64,000 bases of DNA from Dokdonella sp. GTDB taxonomy: Bacteria > Pseudomonadota > Gammaproteobacteria > Xanthomonadales > Rhodanobacteraceae. A model generated the notes under the pieces. The model saw only the letters and a program-made list of their open reading frames with translations. It was not told the origin of the DNA and did not search any database. The translations under genes were made by a program, and so were the position numbers. Of the stretch, positions 44,536 through 53,394 are shown piece by piece. The DNA lies in the NCBI RefSeq assembly GCF_039926425.1, contig NZ_JBDSWZ010000079.1, positions 82 to 64,081 of the forward strand, written 5' to 3'. The first letter of the stretch is position 1. Each line of letters opens with the position of its first letter.

Positions 44536-46680
44536 TTACGGCTGCGGACCCTGGACGATCGACGGATTGTTCACGATCACCGCATTGCCGTTGGAAATCA
44601 CGAAGCTGGCCATTTCGCCCTGCATTTCCACCGTGGCGGCAGGGAAGCCGGTCGGGTCGAGGATTGAACCGTGGTCGCCTTCAAGGAAGCGCACCGCGCC
44701 ATGCAAGCCTCCATTGGTCAGCAGCACGGTGTTGCTGACCGGTGCCAGTCCGAGCGCCGCGATCAGCGGTTCGGTTCCGGACAGCGGCGCACCGGCGACG
44801 CGGTTCGGAATGACCTGGTCGGGCAGAACATCGCCACCGCCGATCACTTCCTGAAGCAGGATGCTCTTGGGAAACGGATCGTCGGAGGTTTCCCGCGGAG
44901 TCAGGTAGGTGTGGTTGACCGTCATGTTGATCGGGTCACCCGAGTCGATCACCGTCTGTGTCGCGACAAAGTAGGCGTCGTATGCGGGCGTGCCCTGCTG
45001 AATGCCCGCTGCAGCCAGCCCCGCATGAATGCGCGGACCAAACGCCGGCGATGCATCGAGCAGGCGCGCGATGCCGCCACCCGGCACATTGAGCACGCCG
45101 CTCTGCACGTTTGGATCGAACGCCAGGAACGTCGTGCCGACAATGCTGCCAAGGGACTGGCCGACGAAACGGACATGTGTCGCATCGACGTTCGGCAACG
45201 ATCCCGCCGCGTGCGAGAGTTCGAGCAGGTCGGCGACGCCCTGACGCAGGTTGTCGCGCGAGGTGAGCAAACTGGTGAGGTTGATGAAATAGCTGCCTGA
45301 CGTGTCGATCACGCCATCCGGGCCCGACGCGCCGGTCGAGTTGTCGGTGAAGTCGAGATCGAAGGTGCGCTCGTGAGCGCCGAGCGCGGCAAATGGCGTG
45401 TTGCCGATGTAGAACGGATTGGTCGGACTGGTGAGTCCGTGAAGCGGCAGATCGATGGCCACCACCGCGAAGCCCTGCGCGGCGAGCGTTCCGGCAATCG
45501 CAAACATGTCGGTGCGGTTGCGCGTGATGCCGTGCTGGAAAATCACCAGCGGCCAGCCTGCTGCCGGCTTGACCTTGCCGGATGCGGCGTTCGGCAAGGT
45601 CATCAGCATCGGCACGGTCTGCGTGGATGTTGCGACCGGAAATGGATTGCACGCCGTCAAGTTGGTAGAGGTTGGATCGAGACCGAACGGGGCGCACTGC
45701 GGCACGTAGGCGCCTGGAGCGGCATGCCACGAACTCGTCAAGGCCGCCGTCGGATTCGCGGCGGACGGCGCCGTCAGGTAGTACGGCAGGTCAATCGTTC
45801 CGATGGTGATGTCGGCGATCGGCGGCAGCCCAAGGCCGAGACTGCCGAGGGTCAGACCGGTCGGCGCGGTGTGCACGGTCGCGGCAGGCGAAGCCTCGAT
45901 CACGCCGGTGATGGCCCGCAGCGTCGGCGTAATGCTTTGCGTCGTCGCGACCCAGCTCATCACAATCGATCCAGCGTCCACCCCGGCACCCGACGCGGCC
46001 GCCACCTGTGAACTGATCAGCTGGCGCAGCGGCTCCAGCGCGCAGGCCTGTGAAGCCGGGAGAGCAGAGACGTTGGACTGTCCATTCGAGCACAGCGGGG
46101 TGGTGCGCTCGGCGAGGCGATACGGCAATGAGCCACGGACGCTGTCGCCCGCAGCGGTCTTGATGCCGTTGGTGATCACGGCCATGTACGACGTGCGCTC
46201 CTTCAGCGGCGCGGTCGGGACAATGGCGACAGTGCGTGCGGTCGCATCGGACGGCGCCAGCGCGACGACGAATTCCGAGGGTGATGCGAGTTCACGGACC
46301 ACACCGGTGACGCCGCCACCTGGACCGGACAAGGTGACTTCGAAGACGTGCACTCCGCCGGCGAGCGAGGTCGCATCGAGCGGCTGCGAAAAGCCGAGCG
46401 ACCACGGCGCCGAGGTGCTGAAACCGTCGAGCGCGTTGAGCGCGGTCTTGGTTCCAGCGTCGGCGGCGTTCGGATCGACCGGGATGTTGAGGGTCAGATC
46501 CGTCGTGCCGAGCAGCAGCAGGTCGTTCGGGAACGGGATCACTCCATTGGCGGGGTCGAAATTCACCGTCGTGTGGAACGGAACCGGGGCGGTGTAGTCG
46601 TACGCCTGCGCGACGGACGCAGACAGTGCGCCCACCAGGGACACGGCGACTGCCGCGGTCGTGATCAATCGGACCTGCAT
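44536..46680 (-). CDS. Extracellular lipase, Pla-1/cef family
   Basis: IPFPNDLL, ALDGFST, VIFQHGIT, AIDLPLHG, SRDNLRQ, GQSLG elbow and GDHGS. Confidence 0.85.
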   Translation of the reverse strand: MQVRLITTAAVAVSLVGALSASVAQAYDYTAPVPFHTTVNFDPANGVIPFPNDLLLLGTTDLTLNIPVDPNAADAGTKTALNALDGFSTSAPWSLGFSQPLDATSLAGGVHVFEVTLSGPGGGVTGVVRELASPSEFVVALAPSDATARTVAIVPTAPLKERTSYMAVITNGIKTAAGDSVRGSLPYRLAERTTPLCSNGQSNVSALPASQACALEPLRQLISSQVAAASGAGVDAGSIVMSWVATTQSITPTLRAITGVIEASPAATVHTAPTGLTLGSLGLGLPPIADITIGTIDLPYYLTAPSAANPTAALTSSWHAAPGAYVPQCAPFGLDPTSTNLTACNPFPVATSTQTVPMLMTLPNAASGKVKPAAGWPLVIFQHGITRNRTDMFAIAGTLAAQGFAVVAIDLPLHGLTSPTNPFYIGNTPFAALGAHERTFDLDFTDNSTGASGPDGVIDTSGSYFINLTSLLTSRDNLRQGVADLLELSHAAGSLPNVDATHVRFVGQSLGSIVGTTFLAFDPNVQSGVLNVPGGGIARLLDASPAFGPRIHAGLAAAGIQQGTPAYDAYFVATQTVIDSGDPINMTVNHTYLTPRETSDDPFPKSILLQEVIGGGDVLPDQVIPNRVAGAPLSGTEPLIAALGLAPVSNTVLLTNGGLHGAVRFLEGDHGSILDPTGFPAATVEMQGEMASFVISNGNAVIVNNPSIVQGPQP

Positions 46681-46823
46681 GGATGGTTCCCCTCTGGCTG
46701 GCGCCATGAAATCGAGACGATGGATAGCGGCGCATCTTAGCGTTCAAACGATCGTTGGCAACGCTGCAGTGCGGCGAAAATCGCCGTTCAGGGCCGTCTT
46801 GTGCCGCTTGCGTCGCAAGACGC

Positions 46824-47597
46824 TCAGTGTCGGGGCAAATCGATGTCGATCAGGTCGAGCGGCTTGCCGTCTGCACCACGCACTGCACGTTGAAGCTCCG
46901 ACAGGCGCTGCAGCGAAGGACACAGCGCCTTCACCTGCGGGCGCAGTGGTGCAAGAGTGGCCGCCAGGCGCTGGCCGAGATCGCCGGCGATCACGCCGGT
47001 GAGGAGGCCTCCTGGGTGCGCGCCCGCCAGAACGGCTCCGAGATCGCCTTCCCGCGCGGCCGCCGCCGCGCGTTCGGCGTACGCCGACGTCAGCAGCGGT
47101 GCCAGATCAGCGGTGATCGCGTCGGTATAACGGTCGAACGCGTCGCCTTGCCAGTCGTGCGTGCTGGTGCTGTCGGCAATGCGCCGTTTCAACTCGGCGC
47201 TGCGCCGAGCCAGCACGCGATCGAATTGCGCCCGCGTCTCCTCATCGTCGAACTCGGCGGCGAGGGTGGTGCGGATCGCCTTGACCACCCGGTCGACGCC
47301 CTGGTCGGCAATCGCCTTCGCCTTCGGAACCAGCGCGCGCACTTCGTCCTCGAACAACGCGATGCGATCACCGTCTTCGGTATTGAGTCGGAGCGGAATG
47401 CCGTCAACGGACACACGTCCTGCCTGCATCGTCACATTGCGCGGAGAAGGCGATGCTCGATCGAACTGCAGCGAGGACGGTGCGACCGTCAGGTCGTAAC
47501 TGCTGCTGGCGTGACAGAGATTCGTGAAATCCTCGTGTGCATTCGCAGTTTGCGCGACGGCCAGCAGTCCGCCGATGAGCCAGGCGTTCAGTCGCAT
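46824..47597 (-). CDS. YggN/DUF2884-family exported protein
   Basis: Signal peptide; CHASSSYDL N-terminus; C-terminal ALCP motif. Confidence 0.7.
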   Translation of the reverse strand: MRLNAWLIGGLLAVAQTANAHEDFTNLCHASSSYDLTVAPSSLQFDRASPSPRNVTMQAGRVSVDGIPLRLNTEDGDRIALFEDEVRALVPKAKAIADQGVDRVVKAIRTTLAAEFDDEETRAQFDRVLARRSAELKRRIADSTSTHDWQGDAFDRYTDAITADLAPLLTSAYAERAAAAAREGDLGAVLAGAHPGGLLTGVIAGDLGQRLAATLAPLRPQVKALCPSLQRLSELQRAVRGADGKPLDLIDIDLPRH

Positions 47598-47681
47598 CGA
47601 AGACGGTCCTCGTTGGTTTGTCGTCGAATGAAGACTAGACCCCACGCGCTGAACCCGCGCACGGCCTCGGGGCATTCGCAG

Positions 47682-48548
47682 TTACCACGACACGGGCGTC
47701 CACGCGTCGACGACCGGATGGAATCCGCGTGGCGCCCATCCGAAATCGGCAATCGCGGACGCATGCTCGGCAATCAGGTCGACCTGCAGGCGCTCGACCG
47801 CCGCGCTCGACGCCTGTGCACCGGCGGCCTTCGCGATGCCGCGCAACGCTCGCACCGCGACCAGCGGAATCGGCACCGGCAGCGTTGCCACCCGAAGCGA
47901 TGCGCGAATGCGTGCGAGCATCGTCGAGAACGCAACGCGCTCCGCGCCGCCAAGCGGATAGATTTTCGAAATCGTTTCGGCGTGCACGGAGATCGCAATG
48001 CACGCAGCGGCAAGATCGTCGGCGTGCACCGGCTGCCGCAATCCGCGCGCACCTCGAATGAGTGGAAATACGCGCCATCGGCGGGCAAACCGCGCAATCG
48101 GCGAAAGGCTGCGATCCACACCGGCGCCGTACACCAGCGTCGGTCGAAAAACGGTCCACGCACATCCACGCACGGCGGCTGCAGCAGCCAATACCGCTTC
48201 CGCCTGTTGCAATCGCTCCGCCGTGGCGCGCTCAGCCTCGTCGCTCGAGCCCTGCTTGGATTCGGCGCTCATCGAGCTGCACGCAATCACGCGCACAGGT
48301 GCCGGCCATGGGGTTTCTTCGAACCAGAGCGCGAACGCGTCGAGTGGGCCGAGGCTGTACAGCACGTCGCACGCCGGCAACCGCGGCAGACCCGCATGCA
48401 GATCGCCGACAAGCCAGCGCAGCCGCGCGTGGCTACTGACGCGCGCTTTTCGGCTGATTGCGATGACGTCATCACCACGTTCGAGCAGGCGCGCGACGAG
48501 GAAGCGGCCGACTGCGCCGCTCGCGCCGATGACCACCGCCACCGCCAT
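47682..48548 (-). CDS. NAD-dependent epimerase/dehydratase
   Basis: VIGASGAVG, RPTLVYG and QPVHADDLA motifs. Confidence 0.85.
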   Translation of the reverse strand: MAVAVVIGASGAVGRFLVARLLERGDDVIAISRKARVSSHARLRWLVGDLHAGLPRLPACDVLYSLGPLDAFALWFEETPWPAPVRVIACSSMSAESKQGSSDEAERATAERLQQAEAVLAAAAAVRGCAWTVFRPTLVYGAGVDRSLSPIARFARRWRVFPLIRGARGLRQPVHADDLAAACIAISVHAETISKIYPLGGAERVAFSTMLARIRASLRVATLPVPIPLVAVRALRGIAKAAGAQASSAAVERLQVDLIAEHASAIADFGWAPRGFHPVVDAWTPVSW

Positions 48549-48553
48549 CGCAA

Positions 48554-49183
48554 TCAGGTCAGCATCGGGTTGCCGTGATTGGGCCGCCCCTTGGGAACGA
48601 ACTCGTCGTCGTAGCCATCGTCGGTCGGCTCGGTCGGCTCGATGTCTGCGTGCCGATCGACCGCGGGTTGCGCGGCGATGGTACGAACATGGCCGATCAG
48701 ATCTTCCATGTCGCCAAGGCCGACACCGAGCGCACCGGCACCGTTGTGCATCGGGTTTTTCTCAAGTGCCGAGCGCGATTCGAACAGCTTGCGGCGCGCA
48801 CCCTCGACATGGCGCATCAACTCCGAGAGCGTCGCCTTGTCGGCGCCGAAAATGAGTTCGACCGGCTGCAGGCAATACTGCACCGCTTCGTCGAAGTGCT
48901 TCACGCGCGCACGGTAGTCGTCGAGCTGCAGGCCGGCACGGTCCAGGTGGGCACGCACCGATTGGAGCGGATCCTCCAGCTGGGCGCCGAATTCCGCGAA
49001 CGGCGGAGGCTCGACCGCGCCAGGCACGATGTGTTGCGCGCGCAACAGGTCGAGATCGTTGTCGACCTTGATCTTCGCGCAAAGAAGCTCGCTGTACATC
49101 GACCGTTCGGTCGTCCGCTCCTTTAACAGCCACGCCGCCAGCGGGATCGCCACGATCGCAATTACCCATCCGATCCACACCAT
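48554..49183 (-). CDS. Membrane-anchored helical protein resembling a His-less DHp domain
   Basis: N-terminal TM; FGAQLEDPLQSVRAHL resembles an H-box; no ATPase domain. Confidence 0.6.
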   Translation of the reverse strand: MVWIGWVIAIVAIPLAAWLLKERTTERSMYSELLCAKIKVDNDLDLLRAQHIVPGAVEPPPFAEFGAQLEDPLQSVRAHLDRAGLQLDDYRARVKHFDEAVQYCLQPVELIFGADKATLSELMRHVEGARRKLFESRSALEKNPMHNGAGALGVGLGDMEDLIGHVRTIAAQPAVDRHADIEPTEPTDDGYDDEFVPKGRPNHGNPMLT

Positions 49184-49357
49184 TGCACGACTCCCGCAAC
49201 CGGTTTCGGCGCCACCTTGCCGTATTTCCCGTCAAGAGGGAATGCCACGGACCCAGCGAAGGGGGGCCGATTGCAACCGCCACGCCTCCCGTTTCCGCCT
49301 GCCCGAGGCACACAGCCCGTGCGATGATGGGCATTCGGCCTGCGGAGGATCGTCTCG

Positions 49358-49714
49358 ATGATCGCGCGTATCTGGCGTGGCATCACACTCGCGGAAAAAG
49401 CGGATGCGTACATCGCCCATCTCCACGAAACGGGCCTGCGCGGCTATGCCAGCACTCCCGGCAACCGCGGAGTCAGCGTCTTGCGAAGGCTGCAGGGGGA
49501 GCACAGCGAAATCGTTCTGATCTCGCTGTGGGATTCGATGGAGGCCGTGCGCGCGTTCGCCGGCGAGCAGCCGGACCGCTCGGTCTACTATCCGGAGGAC
49601 GAGAATTACCTCCTCGAGATGGAGCCGCTCGTGCGGCACTACGAGGTAGCGGAGCAGATCCTGCCGCCATCGGACTCGGCAGCGACACCCGATCCAAACG
49701 CCGGCCACCGCTGA
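49358..49714 (+). CDS. Antibiotic biosynthesis monooxygenase (ABM)-fold protein
   Basis: MIARIWRG, TPGNRG, SLWDSMEAVRAFAG and VYYPED motifs. Confidence 0.85.
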   Translation: MIARIWRGITLAEKADAYIAHLHETGLRGYASTPGNRGVSVLRRLQGEHSEIVLISLWDSMEAVRAFAGEQPDRSVYYPEDENYLLEMEPLVRHYEVAEQILPPSDSAATPDPNAGHR

Positions 49715-49829
49715 TCGACCTCGCCTTGCTGCGCCGGTGACCGCAACGACACGGTCCGATGCCACACCGCGTGTGCGGGCGCTAGACTTCGGACTTTCGA
49801 CGTCCTGTCGATCTTCCGGGGAGAAGCCG

Positions 49830-52349
49830 ATGTCTGTTCGAAGCGCACTTTGCGCCGCACTGCCGTTCCTGTTCCTGCTGCTCGGCAGTGGGCGGTTCGC
49901 TGTGGCGGCGGACGCGGATCCTGATCGCGGAATGCGGGCGCTGCTCGCCGCCCGTCCCGCGTCGCCGATGCCGCTCGCCCCACTGAGCGCGACGCCGTGC
50001 GTCGCCGGCATGGCCGGACCCTACCCTTGCTCTAACGTCGACCTGCGCGCGTTCGTGCCGGTATCGGCATTCGCCGCGTCGAGCACCAACAGCCTGTGGG
50101 GCTGGACCGATCCCGAATCGGGCATCGAATACGCGCTGGTCGGCGCCGACAACGGCACCGTGTTCTACGACCTCTCCAACCCGGACGTGCCGCGCTATCT
50201 CGGCAAGCTGCCAACGCATACCGGAAGCTCCATCTGGCGCGACGTGCGCGTCTACCAGGGTCATGCGTTCATCGTCGCCGACAACGACGGCGCGCACGGC
50301 ATGCAGGTGTTCGACCTCGATGCGCTGCGTGGCGTGACCACGCCACAGACGTTCACCGAGACCGCACACTACGGCGCATTCGGGCGCGGCCACACGATCT
50401 CGATCAACGAATCGACCGGATTCGCATCGATTGCCGGCAGCGACATCACCTGCCCCGGCGATTCGCATACCGGCGGCTTGCAGATCCTGGATATCCACAT
50501 TCCGGACGAACCGGTCTTCGCCGGTTGCGTCAACGATGCAGGCTACACGCACGAGTCGCAGTGTTTCGTCTACACCGGACCCGACACGGCACACGCCGGC
50601 CGCGACATCTGCATCAACGCAAACGGCCCGAGGCAGAAGGTCGCAATCGTCGACGTGACCGACAAGAGCGCGCCGCACACGCTCGCCTCCGTCACCTACG
50701 ATGGCGCTTCGTATCCGCACCAGGGTTGGCTGACCGACGACCAGCGTTATCTCCTGGTCGACGACGAGCTCGACGAGCAAAACAGCGGACACAATGCGTG
50801 GACCTACGTGTGGGATGTGTCCGACCTCGACGCACCGGTGCTGGTGGGTCATCACGAGAGTCCGCTCGGCGTGATCGACCACAACCTCTACGTGCACGGC
50901 CAGTACCTGTACCAGTCCAACTACGAAGCGGGCGTGCGCATTCTCCGCATGGACAACCTCTCGCAAGCGCAGATGACCGAGGTGGCGTTCTTCGACACGT
51001 TCCCGGCGGGAAATAGCGCCGCGTTCAACGGCAGCTGGAACAATTACCGGTTCCCGGGCAGCGGCCTGGTGATCGCGACCGGCATCGACGAAGGTTTCTT
51101 CGTTCTCGAACCCCGCCTGTGTGACACGCCGGCAACACCGGGCGGGGTCGTGGCGACCGCGAATGGCGACCACCGCATCGATCTCGTGTGGAATGCATCC
51201 GCCGCGAGCGGGGCGAGTTATCGCGTCGAACGCGCCCAAGGTGGCTGTGCGGAAAGCTTCCAGTCGATCGCCGAAAATCTGACGACGCCTGCGTATTCCG
51301 ACACCGATCCGTCGGGTCAGGTCACTTACGGCTATCGCGTGATCGAGCGCGATGCGACCGGACTGTGCGCGTCGACCGCGTCGTCGTGCGTCGAGGCACA
51401 GACCAGCGGCAGCTGCACCGCGCCGCCGCTGTTCGCCGGAATCGCCACGGCGGACAACGGCGGCACCGCGACGTGCAGCGTCGCACTGACGTGGGCGCAG
51501 GCTGAGCCGGCATGCGGCAACGATGCGCACTACGCGATCCACCGCGGAGCCACGTCCGACTTCGCGCCTGCTCCGGACAACCGGATTGCGCAAGACATCG
51601 TCGATCTTGCCTATGTCGACACGTCAGTGGGCAGTGGCATCGCGCAGTACTATGCGGTGCGCGCACTCGACTCCTCGAACGGCGCGCAGGACGACAACCT
51701 CATCCGCCTGCGCGTGACGCCGACAGGCCCCGCAGCGGACGGAGCGTTCGCAAGCGGTTCCGAGCCCGGCGATCCGCCGCTCGAGACCGACGTGGCGGGC
51801 CGCTTGCCGGACCAGGTCGAACACGCCGGCTGGCATCCATCGACTGCGCGCTTCCATACCGGCACGCAGAGTTTCTGGTCCACCGCCGCAAACAATCTGT
51901 GCGTCACGCTGGTCACGCCGGCGCTCGAACTCAGCGCAGGCGAGTCGTCGCAGCTGTCGTTCTGGACGGTGTGGGACATCCAGTCGGGTTGGGACGGTGG
52001 CGTGATCGACGTGTCGACCGACGATGGCGGCAGCTGGGCGCGTCTGACCCCGACCGGCGGTTACCCGGGAACGATCGGCAGCAGCAATGGCTCGCTCTGC
52101 GGAATCGCTGCGGGTGCCGGCGTCTTCACCGGCACCGGCCAGTTCACGTGGAGTCCCTACCAGGTCGATCTTTCGTCCTACGCCGGCCAGACCGTGAAAC
52201 TGCGCTGGCTGTACCGCTCTGATGCCAACACCAACGGCGCCGGCTGGTTCGTCGACGATGTCGCGCTGACGCATGCGCGGGTGCCAGGCATGTGCGTGGC
52301 AAGCGGCGACGCAATCTTCGTCGACGGATTCGATATCACCAGTCGTTGA
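49830..52349 (+). CDS. Secreted choice-of-anchor B family protein (LVIVD repeats, FN3 domains, jelly-roll) with DGFD tail
   Basis: GPYPCSNVDL, WGWTDP, YPHQGWLTDD, HNLYV, QSNYEAG; ends DAIFVDGFDITSR. Confidence 0.85.
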   Translation: MSVRSALCAALPFLFLLLGSGRFAVAADADPDRGMRALLAARPASPMPLAPLSATPCVAGMAGPYPCSNVDLRAFVPVSAFAASSTNSLWGWTDPESGIEYALVGADNGTVFYDLSNPDVPRYLGKLPTHTGSSIWRDVRVYQGHAFIVADNDGAHGMQVFDLDALRGVTTPQTFTETAHYGAFGRGHTISINESTGFASIAGSDITCPGDSHTGGLQILDIHIPDEPVFAGCVNDAGYTHESQCFVYTGPDTAHAGRDICINANGPRQKVAIVDVTDKSAPHTLASVTYDGASYPHQGWLTDDQRYLLVDDELDEQNSGHNAWTYVWDVSDLDAPVLVGHHESPLGVIDHNLYVHGQYLYQSNYEAGVRILRMDNLSQAQMTEVAFFDTFPAGNSAAFNGSWNNYRFPGSGLVIATGIDEGFFVLEPRLCDTPATPGGVVATANGDHRIDLVWNASAASGASYRVERAQGGCAESFQSIAENLTTPAYSDTDPSGQVTYGYRVIERDATGLCASTASSCVEAQTSGSCTAPPLFAGIATADNGGTATCSVALTWAQAEPACGNDAHYAIHRGATSDFAPAPDNRIAQDIVDLAYVDTSVGSGIAQYYAVRALDSSNGAQDDNLIRLRVTPTGPAADGAFASGSEPGDPPLETDVAGRLPDQVEHAGWHPSTARFHTGTQSFWSTAANNLCVTLVTPALELSAGESSQLSFWTVWDIQSGWDGGVIDVSTDDGGSWARLTPTGGYPGTIGSSNGSLCGIAAGAGVFTGTGQFTWSPYQVDLSSYAGQTVKLRWLYRSDANTNGAGWFVDDVALTHARVPGMCVASGDAIFVDGFDITSR

Positions 52350-52383
52350 TCGGCACATCGCTCAACAGAACAAGCGAATTTGT

Positions 52384-52436
52384 CCCTTCCCCTGCGAAAG
52401 CGGGGAAGGTGCCCGGAGGGCGGAAGGGGGCGCTTT
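52384..52436. repeat. REP element (CCCTTCCCC...GGGGAAGG family)
   Basis: CCCTTCCCCTGCGAAAGCGGGGAAGG hairpin followed by TGCCCGGAGGGCGGAAGGGGGCGC. Confidence 0.8.
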
Positions 52437-52628
52437 TGTGGGAGCGTACGAACGAATAATTATCCAGCTCCGCGTCGTCGGATTGGCCAGAGCCACGTAA
52501 GCTGCGACGATTTTCCAGCATCTTGATATTGTGGTGGTCGCTTCGCGGGTTGGCCAAATCTGAGCCACGCCAAATCAGGACGGATCACGACCTTGGGAGG
52601 CTCGGTTCGCCCACTCCAGCCCCCCAGC

Positions 52629-53390
52629 TCAATCCGCAAACCCTGGCGGCGGAGGCGGCGGAGGATGGTCAAGCAAATCGGCGATCTGAGTCTGCAGGAT
52701 GGCATCGCACCACGCCTTCTGACCACCACAGGCGAAAGCGTAAAGCCCTTCGAAAACGTCCATGCGCGGTCGCAGTCGTGTTCGAATGATCGCCTGACCG
52801 GGGCTACTGACGCCTTCCGTCCTGAGCTGCATGCTTTCTTCGACGAAAATCCAACGGCGAGTACTTTCCTCGCGAACAAACAAAGATCCGTTTTGTGTCC
52901 GACGCTCGCGGATATCCGAAGCGCTGCGCAGATAGGTGAGTTCTTTCTCGACGGTCTGAAATTCCAGGGCTTCATCATCTCTGACTACTTGAAACGCGTT
53001 TTTTGGCTCGATCAATCCATCTGCGAGGGAAAAATCGACCGGCACCTTGGCCATTGAAACGAAGGGGTGTCCGTTGCAACGGCGCGGATTGAATCGCCAC
53101 TCTGCGACGCTGGCAAGCGCCGCGCCATCAAGTTCCTCATCGCCGCTACTGACATCGATCCGTAGATCCGTGGGCACACCGTCAGCGCCCACTTTGACCG
53201 CCACAATTGCTTTACCTTCGGCATGTCTTTGCGCTGCGGAGCTCGGATATCTGGGCGGCCGCAACTTCAAATAACTCGGTTCCGTACATGCTGGCTCGTT
53301 CGCTATCACCGCAGTGGCCGCGTTGCCAGTGGCGCAAATTGCCAGGACAAATATCGGCGGCCACCAGTTTGCCCGAATCGACTCGCGCAT
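52629..53390 (-). CDS. TonB C-terminal domain protein with an extra domain
   Basis: PPRYPSSA...EGKAIVAVKVGADG...SSG...LDGAALASVAEWRFNP; starts 4 nt after the lpdA stop. Confidence 0.8.
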   Translation of the reverse strand: MRESIRANWWPPIFVLAICATGNAATAVIANEPACTEPSYLKLRPPRYPSSAAQRHAEGKAIVAVKVGADGVPTDLRIDVSSGDEELDGAALASVAEWRFNPRRCNGHPFVSMAKVPVDFSLADGLIEPKNAFQVVRDDEALEFQTVEKELTYLRSASDIRERRTQNGSLFVREESTRRWIFVEESMQLRTEGVSSPGQAIIRTRLRPRMDVFEGLYAFACGGQKAWCDAILQTQIADLLDHPPPPPPPGFAD

Positions 53391-53394
53391 AGCG

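Noticed and set aside
52437-52628. AT-richer gap with short minus-strand ORFs, possible gene remnant
   Set aside because: No recognisable domain, and the ORFs read through the REP element.
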